DNA of 64,000 nt, taken from Histomonas meleagridis 2922-C6/04-290x (taxonomy: Eukaryota > Protista > Parabasalia). Location of the stretch: the NCBI GenBank assembly GCA_020184695.1, contig JAANOX010000159.1, forward strand, positions 124,001 through 188,000, written 5' to 3'. Below the pieces are notes generated by a model. The model was not told the DNA's origin. It did no database searches and worked only from the letters and a program-made list of their open reading frames with translations. Positions 32,992 through 44,738 of this stretch are shown here, piece after piece; within the stretch, counting starts at the first letter, position 1; the number at the start of each line of letters is the position of its first letter. A program made the position numbers and the translations under genes.

Positions 32992-34527
32992 TTACTTTGG
33001 CATTTTGTACTCTAAGTGCATGTGATTGATTGGTTGAAGGCCTCTGCAAGCTCTAAGGATGTTTTCAATGCAAGCTCTTTGTTGGAATAATGAATTAATG
33101 ACTGGTGTACCAGGTGGGACTTGTGGAGCCTTTAACAAGAACGAAAGAACTGACATAACACTGTGGAAGTGTTCAAAGTCTTTCATTGTTTCATCTTTGA
33201 TGTAAATTCTTGTACATAATTCCATTAAAACAACAAGATCTAACATTAATGGTGCAGCAAGTAACGAATCTTCACATGTATTATGGCATGAAATTATATT
33301 TTCACCACCGCAAAAGATCTTTGAATCATATTCATCAAGAGCACGTTTGGAATCTCCTACGCTTTTAACATATTTAATGACAACAATGTGGTCTGGGTGT
33401 TCTCCTGGTGCATATAAGATTGGGTTAAGTGTGACCATATCATCAATAACAGATGCTTTTGAAATTTGCTTCGACCTAAAGCAAGCTTCGAATGATAAGT
33501 TAAGTCCGTCGTTATTACCTAAATGGTTATATGAGGTAACTGCTGTAAGTTTAAGACCTGATGAAATCAAGAAATCAGATACGACTGTCTTAAACTTAGT
33601 TTGGCCAGTCTTGAAATCATCGCCCATGATAATTGCTTTCTTTTGGACAGCATATTGGATAAGACCTGGAACAAAAGTATTTTGTGGTGATCCATTGATA
33701 TATGGGAAACCTTCTTCAATGGCTGCTAACGCATATAATGTTGATGGCGAAATTTCTGGATGTCCTTCTGCGACAGCTTTAAGAAGATTTTCTGGTGTAT
33801 CATGAACTCCAGGTGTGATCTCGGAATAACGTTCAGTGTTAGCAGACCAAAGGATAATAACTTGTTCAAGCTTGTTTTGCTCCTTGAAATCACGCATTTG
33901 TTGACGAAGTTGATTAAGAACTTCTTGTTTGGTGCCTTTTAAGGTATTGTTAGCACGCTCTTTTTGGTTAGGAGCAACAAATGAAAGATCAAAGGCTGCT
34001 GGAAGTGGTTTCATGGCCTTTAATTCATCTTCGATTTGATGAATAAGACCTGGTTCCATAACATGGGCACGTTTAACAGCAGTGAGCATGTCTGCATCAC
34101 TGATATCCCAACCTGAAATGACCAAATCATTAGGTGATACCATTGGAAGAAGATCTTTGAATGCAGCAACAACTTGCTTTCCATTTTGATCATCTCCTAA
34201 GTAAGTTGTGGAACATTGAGTTAATGAACCATAATAGTTTGCTGATTGTAAGCCACGTTTTGTTTCCCAAGTTAATTTATGTCTATTTGCTAAAACGCCA
34301 GCTGTTAAAGTGGTACCATTGTTACCACCAAGACCGATAATCATGACACCAGTTTTTGGAACCTTAGTTATTGTCTTAAATTGGAATTTCTTTGTGACTG
34401 GTTCAATAACAGCTTTACCGTCAGCTGTTGTTGTAACTTTTTGGGTTTGGTAATCATAATTAGAAATGATTGCATCGCCTTCTTGTGATACGTTGGGTGT
34501 TTGGACTGAAAACTCAGAAGCAAGCAT
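32992..34527 (-). CDS. INO1: myo-inositol-1-phosphate synthase
   Basis: GLGGNNGTT, GWDIS, LWSANTERY, INGSPQNTFVPG, GDDFKTGQTK, SYNHLGNNDG, GDSKRALDEY, CEDSLLAAPL; TCACT Inr just upstream. Confidence 0.98.
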   Translation of the reverse strand: MLASEFSVQTPNVSQEGDAIISNYDYQTQKVTTTADGKAVIEPVTKKFQFKTITKVPKTGVMIIGLGGNNGTTLTAGVLANRHKLTWETKRGLQSANYYGSLTQCSTTYLGDDQNGKQVVAAFKDLLPMVSPNDLVISGWDISDADMLTAVKRAHVMEPGLIHQIEDELKAMKPLPAAFDLSFVAPNQKERANNTLKGTKQEVLNQLRQQMRDFKEQNKLEQVIILWSANTERYSEITPGVHDTPENLLKAVAEGHPEISPSTLYALAAIEEGFPYINGSPQNTFVPGLIQYAVQKKAIIMGDDFKTGQTKFKTVVSDFLISSGLKLTAVTSYNHLGNNDGLNLSFEACFRSKQISKASVIDDMVTLNPILYAPGEHPDHIVVIKYVKSVGDSKRALDEYDSKIFCGGENIISCHNTCEDSLLAAPLMLDLVVLMELCTRIYIKDETMKDFEHFHSVMSVLSFLLKAPQVPPGTPVINSLFQQRACIENILRACRGLQPINHMHLEYKMPK

Positions 34528-34900
34528 CAAGTGAGGTTAGAAACATTCGTTCCACTGAAAAAAATAGCTTTTTGTGTGAGATAAATCGCCGGGTGATCTG
34601 AAATTTGTGTTCAAAACCGTTATTTATAGTTTAAACCGTTTCAACCGGGGCGTCGGGCCAAAAACACCTGTGATTTGCTGGCGTAAACTTTTTAAAAAGT
34701 CGTTTCTTGATCGGAAAAGTGCTAAGTGGTCATCTTCATTTTGAAGGTTTTCATATTTATAAAAAATCGCTTAAAAATTTGTTTATACTTTAATTCATCA
34801 TAAAGAAATTAACATGTATTAAATTATTTTTATTTTAAATATAATTTAAAAATTTTTAATTAAATATTTACTAAATGATAGAAGATTAAAATCAATGAAT

Positions 34901-35537
34901 TCATTTTTTGTCCGAATGTGTGTGTGCAACTCGTAACGTACTTGCACTGCCTGATTTGTGAGTGGATATTCGCTTGCTTACTTCTTCAAGAAGTAAGGTA
35001 ACTATTTCTGTGTTTCCATTATATGATGCATACATAAGAGCTGTTTGAAATAATTTAAATAATTTCCAAATATCATTTTGAAATATCAAACTGTTAAAAT
35101 AAATTCTATCTTTAGCATAAATATCAATTTCTTTTTGTTCAAGAAGTAATTTAACTATTTCTGTTCGACCATTTGAAGATGCTAAAATAAGTGCTGTATT
35201 AAATAATTTAAATAATTTCCAGATAATATTTCAAAATATTAAATCAAAAAAAGAAATATCAAATAAAACAAATAAATATTTTTAGCATTAATGTCAATAC
35301 CTTCTTGTTCTAGAAGTAATTTGACTATTTCTGTGTAATCATTTGAAGATGCTATAATAAGTGCTGTTTCAAATATTTTAAATAAATTCCATATTTTACT
35401 TTGAAATATAAAATTATTAAGAAATACATAATACTAGACAAATAAATATTTTTAGCATTAATATCAATTCCTTCTTGTTCCAGAAGTAATTTAACTATTT
35501 CTGTATAACCATTATAAGATGCACACAGAAGTGCAGT
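34901..35537 (-). other. Ankyrin locus 3, downstream part: four ankyrin blocks separated by spacers
   Basis: Blocks start at 35537, 35367, 35197 and 35044; spacers are 82 nt (35619-35538), 80, 80 and 63 nt. Confidence 0.88.
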
Positions 35538-35589
35538 ATTAAATAATTTAAACAATTTTCTAATAATATTGTGAAACATAAAATTAATA

Positions 35590-36837
35590 TTAAAGAAATT
35601 TCGAATTAAACAAAAAAATATCTTTAGCATTAATGTCAATTCCTATTTGTTCTAAATTATATTTCACAAGTTCAATATTTCCTGATCTTGAAGAAAAAAC
35701 TAAAACATTTTTTGTGATTTGATGTGTTTGGAGATATTTTTTAACAAGATATAAATTACCTGTTCTTGCTGATTCATTAATAAAACAATCAGAGTTTTTA
35801 AGCGATTTTTTCCTTTCCAAAAATGAAAGTATATCATAATTCCCGCTTCTAATACAAGCTCCTATCAAAAATTCGTATTCTGAAGGTCCTCCAAAGAATG
35901 AAAATGAATCCATAAAACCCAATTTTTTTTTATAAATATAATAAAAGATATCATTTCGGTGAAATTTAATTGCTGCTTCATATGCTCCAAAAAAAGTTGA
36001 ATGATTTTGTTCACATAAATGAATAATTTCTTCATTTCCACCTGCAACTGCATATTTACCTGCATTTCCTATTTGCGAGCCATGAAAAAGTAAAAATTTA
36101 AAACATTTAACTGATCTAAAAAATGCTGCATAATCAATTAAAGAAGTATCAAAGTGAACAAAATCATATCTTTCATAAAGGGACGATTTAATAAATTGAC
36201 TAAATTCAAAACCATTTTGAGATGATATTTCTTGAAGTTTTTCTATTTCATCATTTCGAATTATTTGTGCAATTTCATTTGGATTACCTTCTTCAATTAG
36301 TTTTTTGTGAAGTTCCCAATTGTTTTTTGAAAGTTCTTCATAATTTTCGAAGAAAGTTTGATCATATGTATAAATATCGATTATTCTGTTTTCTTTTTCT
36401 GTTTTGTAGTGTGCAAAATATTTTGTTGGAATGTTTTTGATTATATTTATACCAATCAATTTTCTTTGAATCATTTTTTCAATTAGATAATATCCTTCTT
36501 GAATATTAATTTTAGATATATAATCACTAAATACCCTAAGAATATTGTAATTTTCATCCATTTCCCCCATATTTTGAATAGACTGTAAATAACATAAAGA
36601 GATATCCGCGTCATTTCTTTGGGCATAAAATGCAGCAAAAACCAAAATGCTTATAGAGAGATTGAATGAATAAGGGAAATTTGTATCAATCAAATTCAGT
36701 GTTTGTTGAACTGAATTTTCGATATTTCCCTGGTTTAAGTTAAATATAATTTCTTTAAGAGCAAATAATGGTTTCATAAAAATGTTCTCTTTATCAGAAG
36801 ATTCTTCTACAATTAAAGGATTTGTGTTATTCATCAA
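35590..36837 (-). CDS. DUF3447-type ankyrin protein, N-terminal ORF; ends inside the first spacer
   Basis: IRNDEIEKLQ, SLIDYAAFFRSVKCFKFLL, YAVAGGNEEIIHLCEQ, AIKFHRNDIF, then ankyrin repeats ending ...GIDINAKD/IFLFNSKFL*. Confidence 0.85.
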   Translation of the reverse strand: MMNNTNPLIVEESSDKENIFMKPLFALKEIIFNLNQGNIENSVQQTLNLIDTNFPYSFNLSISILVFAAFYAQRNDADISLCYLQSIQNMGEMDENYNILRVFSDYISKINIQEGYYLIEKMIQRKLIGINIIKNIPTKYFAHYKTEKENRIIDIYTYDQTFFENYEELSKNNWELHKKLIEEGNPNEIAQIIRNDEIEKLQEISSQNGFEFSQFIKSSLYERYDFVHFDTSLIDYAAFFRSVKCFKFLLFHGSQIGNAGKYAVAGGNEEIIHLCEQNHSTFFGAYEAAIKFHRNDIFYYIYKKKLGFMDSFSFFGGPSEYEFLIGACIRSGNYDILSFLERKKSLKNSDCFINESARTGNLYLVKKYLQTHQITKNVLVFSSRSGNIELVKYNLEQIGIDINAKDIFLFNSKFL

Positions 36838-37120
36838 TGTGCTTCAGTAACTTTTTGTTATGGTTTTGAAAAGCTTTTCCTGAAGACTTCCTTAAGACGT
36901 AGTCAACCAACGATCCTCCTTACATAATTTCTTTTAAATATAAAATTATATGCACAATCAATAATATTGATCAAGCTGCCCTAAAAAACCTTCTAACACA
37001 ATTATAGAGCAAAATATTTATATTTTTAATTTTTAGAATTTAATTGAAAAAGTTATCCTTGTAAAAAAAATGAATACTCGGCTTATTAAAAAAGTGCATG
37101 AAATTATGAGTGATGAGGTT
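36755..37120. repeat. Source of a local duplication (copy at 44739-44984 with a 120-nt internal deletion)
   Basis: 36755-36810 matches 44739-44794 and 36931-37120 matches 44795-44984, with no differences seen by eye. Confidence 0.92.
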
Positions 37121-37610
37121 GATAGATTTTTACTCATTTTAAGTTTAGATTAAGTAATTATTTTTGTAGAATATCATGATTTAATATTTTGTCCTATTTT
37201 GGAAATCTAAATTGAGTAACACTTAATTTCCAATTGTATTTCTGTTTTATTTGATTTTTTCCAAAATATTTCACTTCTTATCAAACTCAACAATAAATTA
37301 TTTTCCCCTTCATCAAATTCAAAATTTATTTGTTCAACATCTCGAACCAAATTTTATATTGCACTTTCTTTGCGAAAAATACCTGCCCTGAGATTGAAAA
37401 TTTTTCATTATTCCATCCTTTTGAATGGCGTTTTATATGATAAAGAAATTACACAAATTTTTATTCCAATCTAATACGGGAATATTTACGTTTGAATCAA
37501 GCCGACGTATAAATAATTATTTTCTGAAATTGGTCAATAGTGGTTTTCCTTAGAACCAAACGAGAAATAATGAAAATGAAGAAGAAAAGAAAATAAAATT
37601 AATAAATTCA

Positions 37611-39258
37611 ATGGGTTCAAAATGTATCCAATATAATAACTTTCATGTCTTTTTGTTTGTCGAAAATGAAGGAATTAATATTTATGATATTCAATTAGTG
37701 GAAGATGTTTTCACAAGTGGTAACTTATTCATTGTTAGATATCTTTATGAAGGAAAATTATTACCAAATAATGCAATAGCTTATTCTGTTTCTTTGAATA
37801 ATAATGAATTTGTGAAATATGTTTTATCTAAGAAAGATATTAATTTTAATATTTATGATATTCGTTTTTGCTTTTTTAATGTTTGTTAAGAATATTTAGT
37901 AGATTTTCTTGTGCTTTTATAAAACACCTTTATATTGTGCTTGTGATTTAAATTACTTTGAAATTGTTAAATTACTTCTTAAACAAAAAGGAATTGATAT
38001 TAATTTACAAAATAATATTTGTTTTAATGATTTGGAATTTTTAAATAATTTTTGGTGATTATTTAAATTATTTGATACAAGCATCCAAAAAAGGTTATAT
38101 AGAAATCGTTAAATTATTTCTTTAACATAAAGGAATTAATATTTTCCAAAAAAATGCTAAAGGAAAATCTGCATTCACATGTGCATTTAATAATAATCAG
38201 ATTGAAATGGTTAAATTACTTCTTACATGTAAAAATATTGATATAAATATTGAAAATGTTTTATGTTTTTATTTACTCTTTGTTATATAAATTCGGTATT
38301 TTATCGCAAATTTATGTGCAGCTAAAAATGATTTATTTGGTTTCGATTTAAAATATCTTCAAGTAAGTTCATTGAATAATTATCAAATGACATCGATGTT
38401 AAACAAAAATATAAATTATTTTGCGAATTTAGAGTTTATTTTATTTATTAAATATCGAAATAGCGAATTTTGAAGAAGTTAAATAGAATCAATTTGAAAT
38501 CTTTATGTTAATTCTTGATAAGAAAGAAGTTGATATTAATGTAAATTCTGTTCATTTATTATTATTAATATAAAATATTTTCATATCAAAATAATATTTG
38601 GAATTATTTTTATATATTTTTCACACCATTAATGGCTCCTTGTTCAGAAGGAAGAAGAGATATTATAGTTAAACTTTTACTTGAACATGAAGGAATTGAT
38701 GTTAATCTTCGTGCTATTTATTATATTTATTATATGTTTATTAATAAAAAATGGAAATTATATATAAAATTTGGAAATTAATCAATTGTTTTGCTACTTC
38801 TATATTAACATGTTTTAATGATCATTTGGAAACTGTTAAATTATTACTCGAACATAAAGAAATCGATATAAATCAAAAAAAAAAAAATAATTATTATAAT
38901 TTTTCGAAATTACTATAAAAAATTTATTAAATTTGTTTATGAATTCTTTAATGGGGGCATCACAAAATGGTTGTCTTGAAATCGTAGAATTACTTCTTCA
39001 ACAAAAAGACACAAAAATAAATGAAGTAAATCTTTATGGTAAATCAGCAATTATGCTCGCAAACTCAAATCAAAAAAATTTAAAAATATTGTGGAGTTAC
39101 TTAAGAAGCAAAAAGATATTATATACAACGAAAAACTTTTAGCCACAGAAACAAGGCCATTACCTCCAGGGTTTGGTACAATGAACCCTAAAATGAAAAT
39201 TCCCCAACCAAATCCATCAAATTTTTTGGAACAGGTGAGTTTGTTTGGTAACTTGTAA
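37611..39258 (+). pseudogene. Ankyrin locus 4: divergent ankyrin gene with spacer-interrupted and uninterrupted repeats; disrupted
   Basis: Blocks TPLYCACDLNYFEIVK (37924), TPLMAPCSEG (38623), TSILTCFND (38796), NSLMGASQNG (38942); spacers of about 60-80 nt; one stop and small deletions. Confidence 0.7.
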
Positions 39259-39309
39259 ATAAATAAAATTTACAAAAATGAACAATTACTATAATGATTT
39301 TTTTTTTTT

Positions 39310-39982
39310 GATATTAGAGCTCAATATGTTATGACATTGGAATCATATAATGGTAATTTAGATGTTATTAAGGAACAATTCTTGATCAATCTCTTCCACC
39401 ATCACAATAGAATACATTTACGTGGTCGAATTCATTTTCACAGTCGAATATATTTTTACAATCAAATACATTTGCTGAGTATAATACATTTACGAAATCT
39501 AATTCATTTTCTCAATCAAACTCATTCACATCATAATTTCAATTTGGTGCTTCACTCAGTTTTTCATATATTCTCACTATACATTCATCCAACATGAGTT
39601 CATTTACACAAATTTTTCACTCACAGTATTTATCAAATTCAACAGTGATATTTTATCAGTATTCGGTCAATAGCATAACAACAATCATTAGCTTTTAAGG
39701 CTATTGCACAATTGTATTTCCATCTTTGTTTCTCTAAGCGATTTACCTGTTTTGGATAGAGGAGTGCTAATTGGTATACAATGTGGATCAATAGCTATAG
39801 TTCTGATTATTGGAGTTATAATTTGGTTGTTCAGAATAGGTAAAAAAGATAATACATACACTGGAATGAACGAAAGACTTAGTGACTCATTTGGCTCCGA
39901 TATACATAAGCAATACGAACAACATGAAATTTAAAAAACTGTAGGAGAAATGGCAAAGGAAGATGATGATCAATGGATGTAA
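39310..39982 (+). pseudogene. Orphan BspA-type stalk, TM and cytoplasmic tail fragment
   Basis: RAQYVMTLESY.., SNSFSQSN/NTFT repeats, hydrophobic IAIVLIIGVIIWLF, tail ending EDDDQWM*; stops and frameshifts. Confidence 0.65.
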
Positions 39983-40203
39983 AATAAATATTATTTAATA
40001 AAGTACAATTTGTTTTTATTCGTATCTTTGATATTTTAATACAATTTATAAATTAATTTATCAGGAAAAAATATTCCCCAATATTGAGTCTCGAACCAAA
40101 TGACATCGCTAAGCTATAAATTTCATTCACACAAATGACTGAAGAGAATTATTACTATAATAAAAGAACCTAGACGAAAGAAAACAGCCGAGAAAAAACA
40201 AAC

Positions 40204-41614
40204 GTGCACAAGCCTTCACTTCGGCTTGCATTTTCCAAAGAATTACAACTATATGCATATGCCAATAACACATTTGCAAATGGGAAAGGTGGCGCTTATC
40301 TCAATTGGGAAGATAATGAAAAAGATGTTTATAAAATATTTTTGAAAATGAAAGACTATCAGTTGGATCCACTCAGTTCGCGCAAGAATGGGACAGCCAT
40401 AGTTTTAAATATTTATCCATCAGAAAATAAACTTGGCGGGAATGCGCATTTAGATGAAGCAGTTAAAATTGATAATGTTACAATGAAATTTATTAAAGAT
40501 CAAACGGAATTCAAATATCCAAAATCAGCTTCTTTAAAAGTATGGATGGAAGGTAGGTTCGTTGAATCAATTAACTACTCAGACCCCACGGGTATTGATC
40601 CCGAGCCTAAAGAGCTAATTATTAATGTAACATTAAACTCAGTTGATGAATTTGAAACGTAAGAATAAAATTTTATTTATCAATTTGATGTTGTTGTATT
40701 TGGATTTTGGGATTATAGGAGTTTTTTCTATATCAACAGAAAAATCAAAAGGCATTGTAGAAAAATATACAAAAATAGATATGGCTTTAATGCTTCCTAT
40801 GGGAATCAAATATTATAAATATAAAATTAACGAAAATTCTAAATGTAATCTAGAAACTTTTGTAAACATAGCATATAATGATACTATTAAATTTACTACA
40901 GAAGATATTGTTTATCATCGATATATTCATGTTGCTCCAGTTGACAAAGCAGATAACATAGGGAAAATATTTAGTGTACGACTTAATTTCTCTACGAATA
41001 CATTTTTACAATCGAATACATTTACCAATTCTTTTCCATTTGGTTTAATATTAACAATTCATTTATTTTTTATGGCTCATATTCAATTACAGAAACAATC
41101 ATACAGAAAACATTTTATTTAAGTACTTTTTCATTTTATATGATTGATTCAAAGGCAACTTATATTTATACCAACATTATTTATTATAATCATACGGTTA
41201 TATACAATTCAACAATTTATAATTTTTATTCAAATTTCTTTACATTAATTAATTAATCCATTAAAAAAACAAAATAACGAAAATAAGTATACAAATATGA
41301 TAATTGTTATCGTAGTTTGTGTAATTATACCAAACCATAATTTTTATACCAAACCATAATTTTGATAGTATTTTAATTTTGATAGTAATTGTCATTATTA
41401 TTATTATTTATCTAATTCGCCGCAATAAAAATAATAAAATGATTAGTTCAGGAGATGAATGTGATACGAAAACAAAGAGTCAAAACAATATGAAATAGGA
41501 AATTCAATAAATAATTTTGAGTCTGTGCTTAGTACAAACTATGTCGAATATGATCCATTTTCAAAGGATTTTAAAGAAGATGTTCGGACAAGAAATGTTT
41601 TGATACAATTTTGA
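40204..41614 (+). pseudogene. Frameshifted single-pass surface protein (non-LRR ectodomain, BspA-type stalk, TM and DPF tail)
   Basis: Overlapping ORFs 40204-40662 and 40643-41122, TNTFLQSNTFTNSF stalk, poly-I/V TM remnant, tail YDPFSKDFKED. Confidence 0.55.
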
Positions 41615-41916
41615 CATTTACACACAAAAGTTGAGTGACTATTCAATTAAAACTTTCTTTTCATAAAAAGTTGGTTGTTTTTTGTCGTTTTCCCTTAAAT
41701 CCGATTCAAATGTCAAGTCCTCACTTGTGAGCAAGTAAATGATATATTTTCATGTCACCTAATGCTTCATGTGAGTACCTTGGCATCCAAAATAATTTCG
41801 ATTAAAACTCACATGTCACATCGAAAAACAGTTGTTACACACATTTATAATGAAAAATTAGAGGTTTTTCGTTACAACCAAACCAGATTTATATTGGAAA
41901 CGCATATACCAAATCG

Positions 41917-44067
41917 ATGAAATATAATGGATATCCTCAATTAATGATAACATTAATCCACATTAACGCTATCATCCTCCTCATAAATTTCAACAAACAT
42001 GTTTTAATTTCAGATAAATATTATTTCTATTCTCTCACTGAAAATAAAACAATGAACAAGCATGCGCATAACAAAAGCATTAATTACATGCCAAGTAACA
42101 ATAGAGAACACATAATAAGTATATATTCACAAAAAAATCAAATAGCAAACAACACGAATCATTATTTACTGCAATTCGTTACACTCAACAATTCTCTGAA
42201 TAACAATAGGATAGGTTCTAAGCATTTCGTTTCTTCAAATTTAATAATTTCGTATTTTTATTCCAAAGTAACTTCAATCTTTCATGTCCTGCATAATATT
42301 TATCATTTTAGTGAAAGTTTTCAATGTAATTTATCAAAGAATTGCAGCAATAATATTCTAAAAAATCTACCAAATATATTTAATGCATTAATTACTTCTA
42401 TATATTCAAATATAACTTTGTTCGTATTTATATTTTTTGTTTTTACTTTCTTATCCAAAATTTATTTAAATCAGAAAAGCATTCATCAAAAAAACGAAGT
42501 TATTCCTATTTTAATGATTATATTTTTTGTTAATACAAAGCAATCATATGATGAAGAGACAAAAACACTCACAATATCTGATTTCATTGATTATTCAAAA
42601 GATTATATGAATGTTACTGAGCACGTTATAATTATTAATGTTGGCGAGCTTGAAAGTAATGCATTCAGAGAATGGCCTTTATTAACAACAGTAATAATTG
42701 GAGAAACAGTTGGAAATATTGGTAGTAGAGCATTTGCATCATGTAAACAATTAAAATATGTCCAATTTCCAGATAAGTTAAAGAGTGGAATTGGAGGTGG
42801 TGCATTTGCAGAATGTATTTCATTAAATAATATTACAATTCGATGTAATACCATTAGTGATAATGCATTTTATAAATGTACAGGACTTGAAACGATAACA
42901 TTATATGAAGGCGTCCGAAGTATTGGGTCAGATGCATTCAGAGGATGTACAAACCTTGTGAATATTTATATACCAAGTTCTGTTACTTCAATTGGGAATG
43001 CATTTTTAGAATGTACAAATCTTCAATTTATTAATGTCTCAGAAGAAAATATTGGATATTCGAATTATGAAAATGATGGTGTTTTATATAATAAAGAAAT
43101 TACATATATTATTAGTTATCCGAATATGAAAAGTAAAACATTTACAATTCCTAATTCAGTCATTTCTATTATGAATTATTCTTTTGCAAGTTGTAATAAT
43201 TTAGAAAGAATTTTTATTGATGAAAATGTTCAATATATTAATTCATGTGCATTTACTAATTGAACATCACTTCAATGTATTTATTTTAATGGAGAAACTT
43301 CACCAGAAATACAAAATGATGCATTTGTTAATATAAATGCGACAAGAGTTATGACAACAGAAACATATCAAAATGAAACATTTGGAAATATGAATATTAC
43401 TAAGGGAACAACACTTGACGAATGTCTCCCGCCAACACGCACATTCACATTGACACAAAGTGATACATTCACTAACTCATATACATTTACTAACATAAAT
43501 ACATTTACGAAATCAAAAAATAATTTTGATTCAAATACTTATGTTAATACATTTTCGATGAATTTTACATTCGTTAATACTATTACTTTAACTTATTCTT
43601 TATCGTTTATAAAAACTTTATCGATTTATTATTATACGTACTTAAAATCTTATTCAGTTACTTTCATTGAATCTGAAACTAAATATATTTATAGCGATTT
43701 CATATATTATAATTATACAATTATATATTATCTAGAATATTTTACTTATTATTCGAATTTCTTTTATATTTCTTATATCGAAGATGTAATAATAAACAAT
43801 AATGATAATAATACATTAATTATCATTATAATTGTTGTTGTAATTGTAATAATTATTGTATTTGTAATGATAATAATAATATTTATGATTAAATATCAAA
43901 ATAAGAAGCGAAAGCAAAATGAAGAAGAAATGAATGTTTCAGATGAAAATAATAATAAAATTAATGAAATAGATAATACATTTTCAGTTGGGATTAATAA
44001 TTCAAATATTGAAGAAGATCCATTTGCAGACGATTTCAAAGAAGAAAAATTTATTAGTCAAATATAA
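41917..44067 (+). CDS. BspA-like LRR surface protein with one in-frame TGA (43261-43263)
   Basis: ORFs 41917-43263 and 43351-44067 share a frame; LRR repeats, TFT stalk, poly-I/V TM, DPFADDFKEE tail; the start may be 41917 or 42514. Confidence 0.8.
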
Positions 44068-44738
44068 ATAAACATATTTTAGGTACATAATATTTTAATT
44101 TGTTTATTAATTTAATAAATACGAACATTTTTGTTATTTATTACAAATTTTATGTTTCTTCTATTATATGATTATTATAGTAAATCCAATTTATCCAAAT
44201 CATAAACACTAAAAGTAAATGATAAATTATATTAAAGAAAAAATTGGAAATTTAGAAATATTATGGTAAAAATGCATTATTTTTTCAAAAATCAAAACAA
44301 AGATATTTCAATTTCAAATAAGTGATCGTCTTGAGTAGTTCTGCTTTTATCTGTGATAAATTAAGTTTGAACAAAAAGTAAATTATTATGAAAATAACAA
44401 ATATATTGTTAATTCATCGTAAAATTAACGCATTTTTAACATATTTATGAAGTTTAAAATCATTATGTAAAAGTTTATCATAATTTTCTTGTTGTTTTCC
44501 TAAAATGGTGAGCGTTCATCAATCAAACAATGTTTAAAATAAAAAGTTTTTTTTAGTATAGACCATTGTCAGCTGGATGTATGAAAGCTTACAATTTTAC
44601 TTGAAAAATGAAAGAAAAAAGTTGTATGCATCCACCGCCACTTCATAGGACTTTTAGATACGATTTAAAATAAAGCGTGATTTCGAAATTTCCATTTTGA
44701 TCTTTATATTCTTTTTCTCAATTTGAAAACAGGTTTCC

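Noticed and set aside
39235-39240. GTGAGT splice donor
   Set aside because: Lies within an open ankyrin-tail frame, and there is no downstream branch-plus-AG motif.
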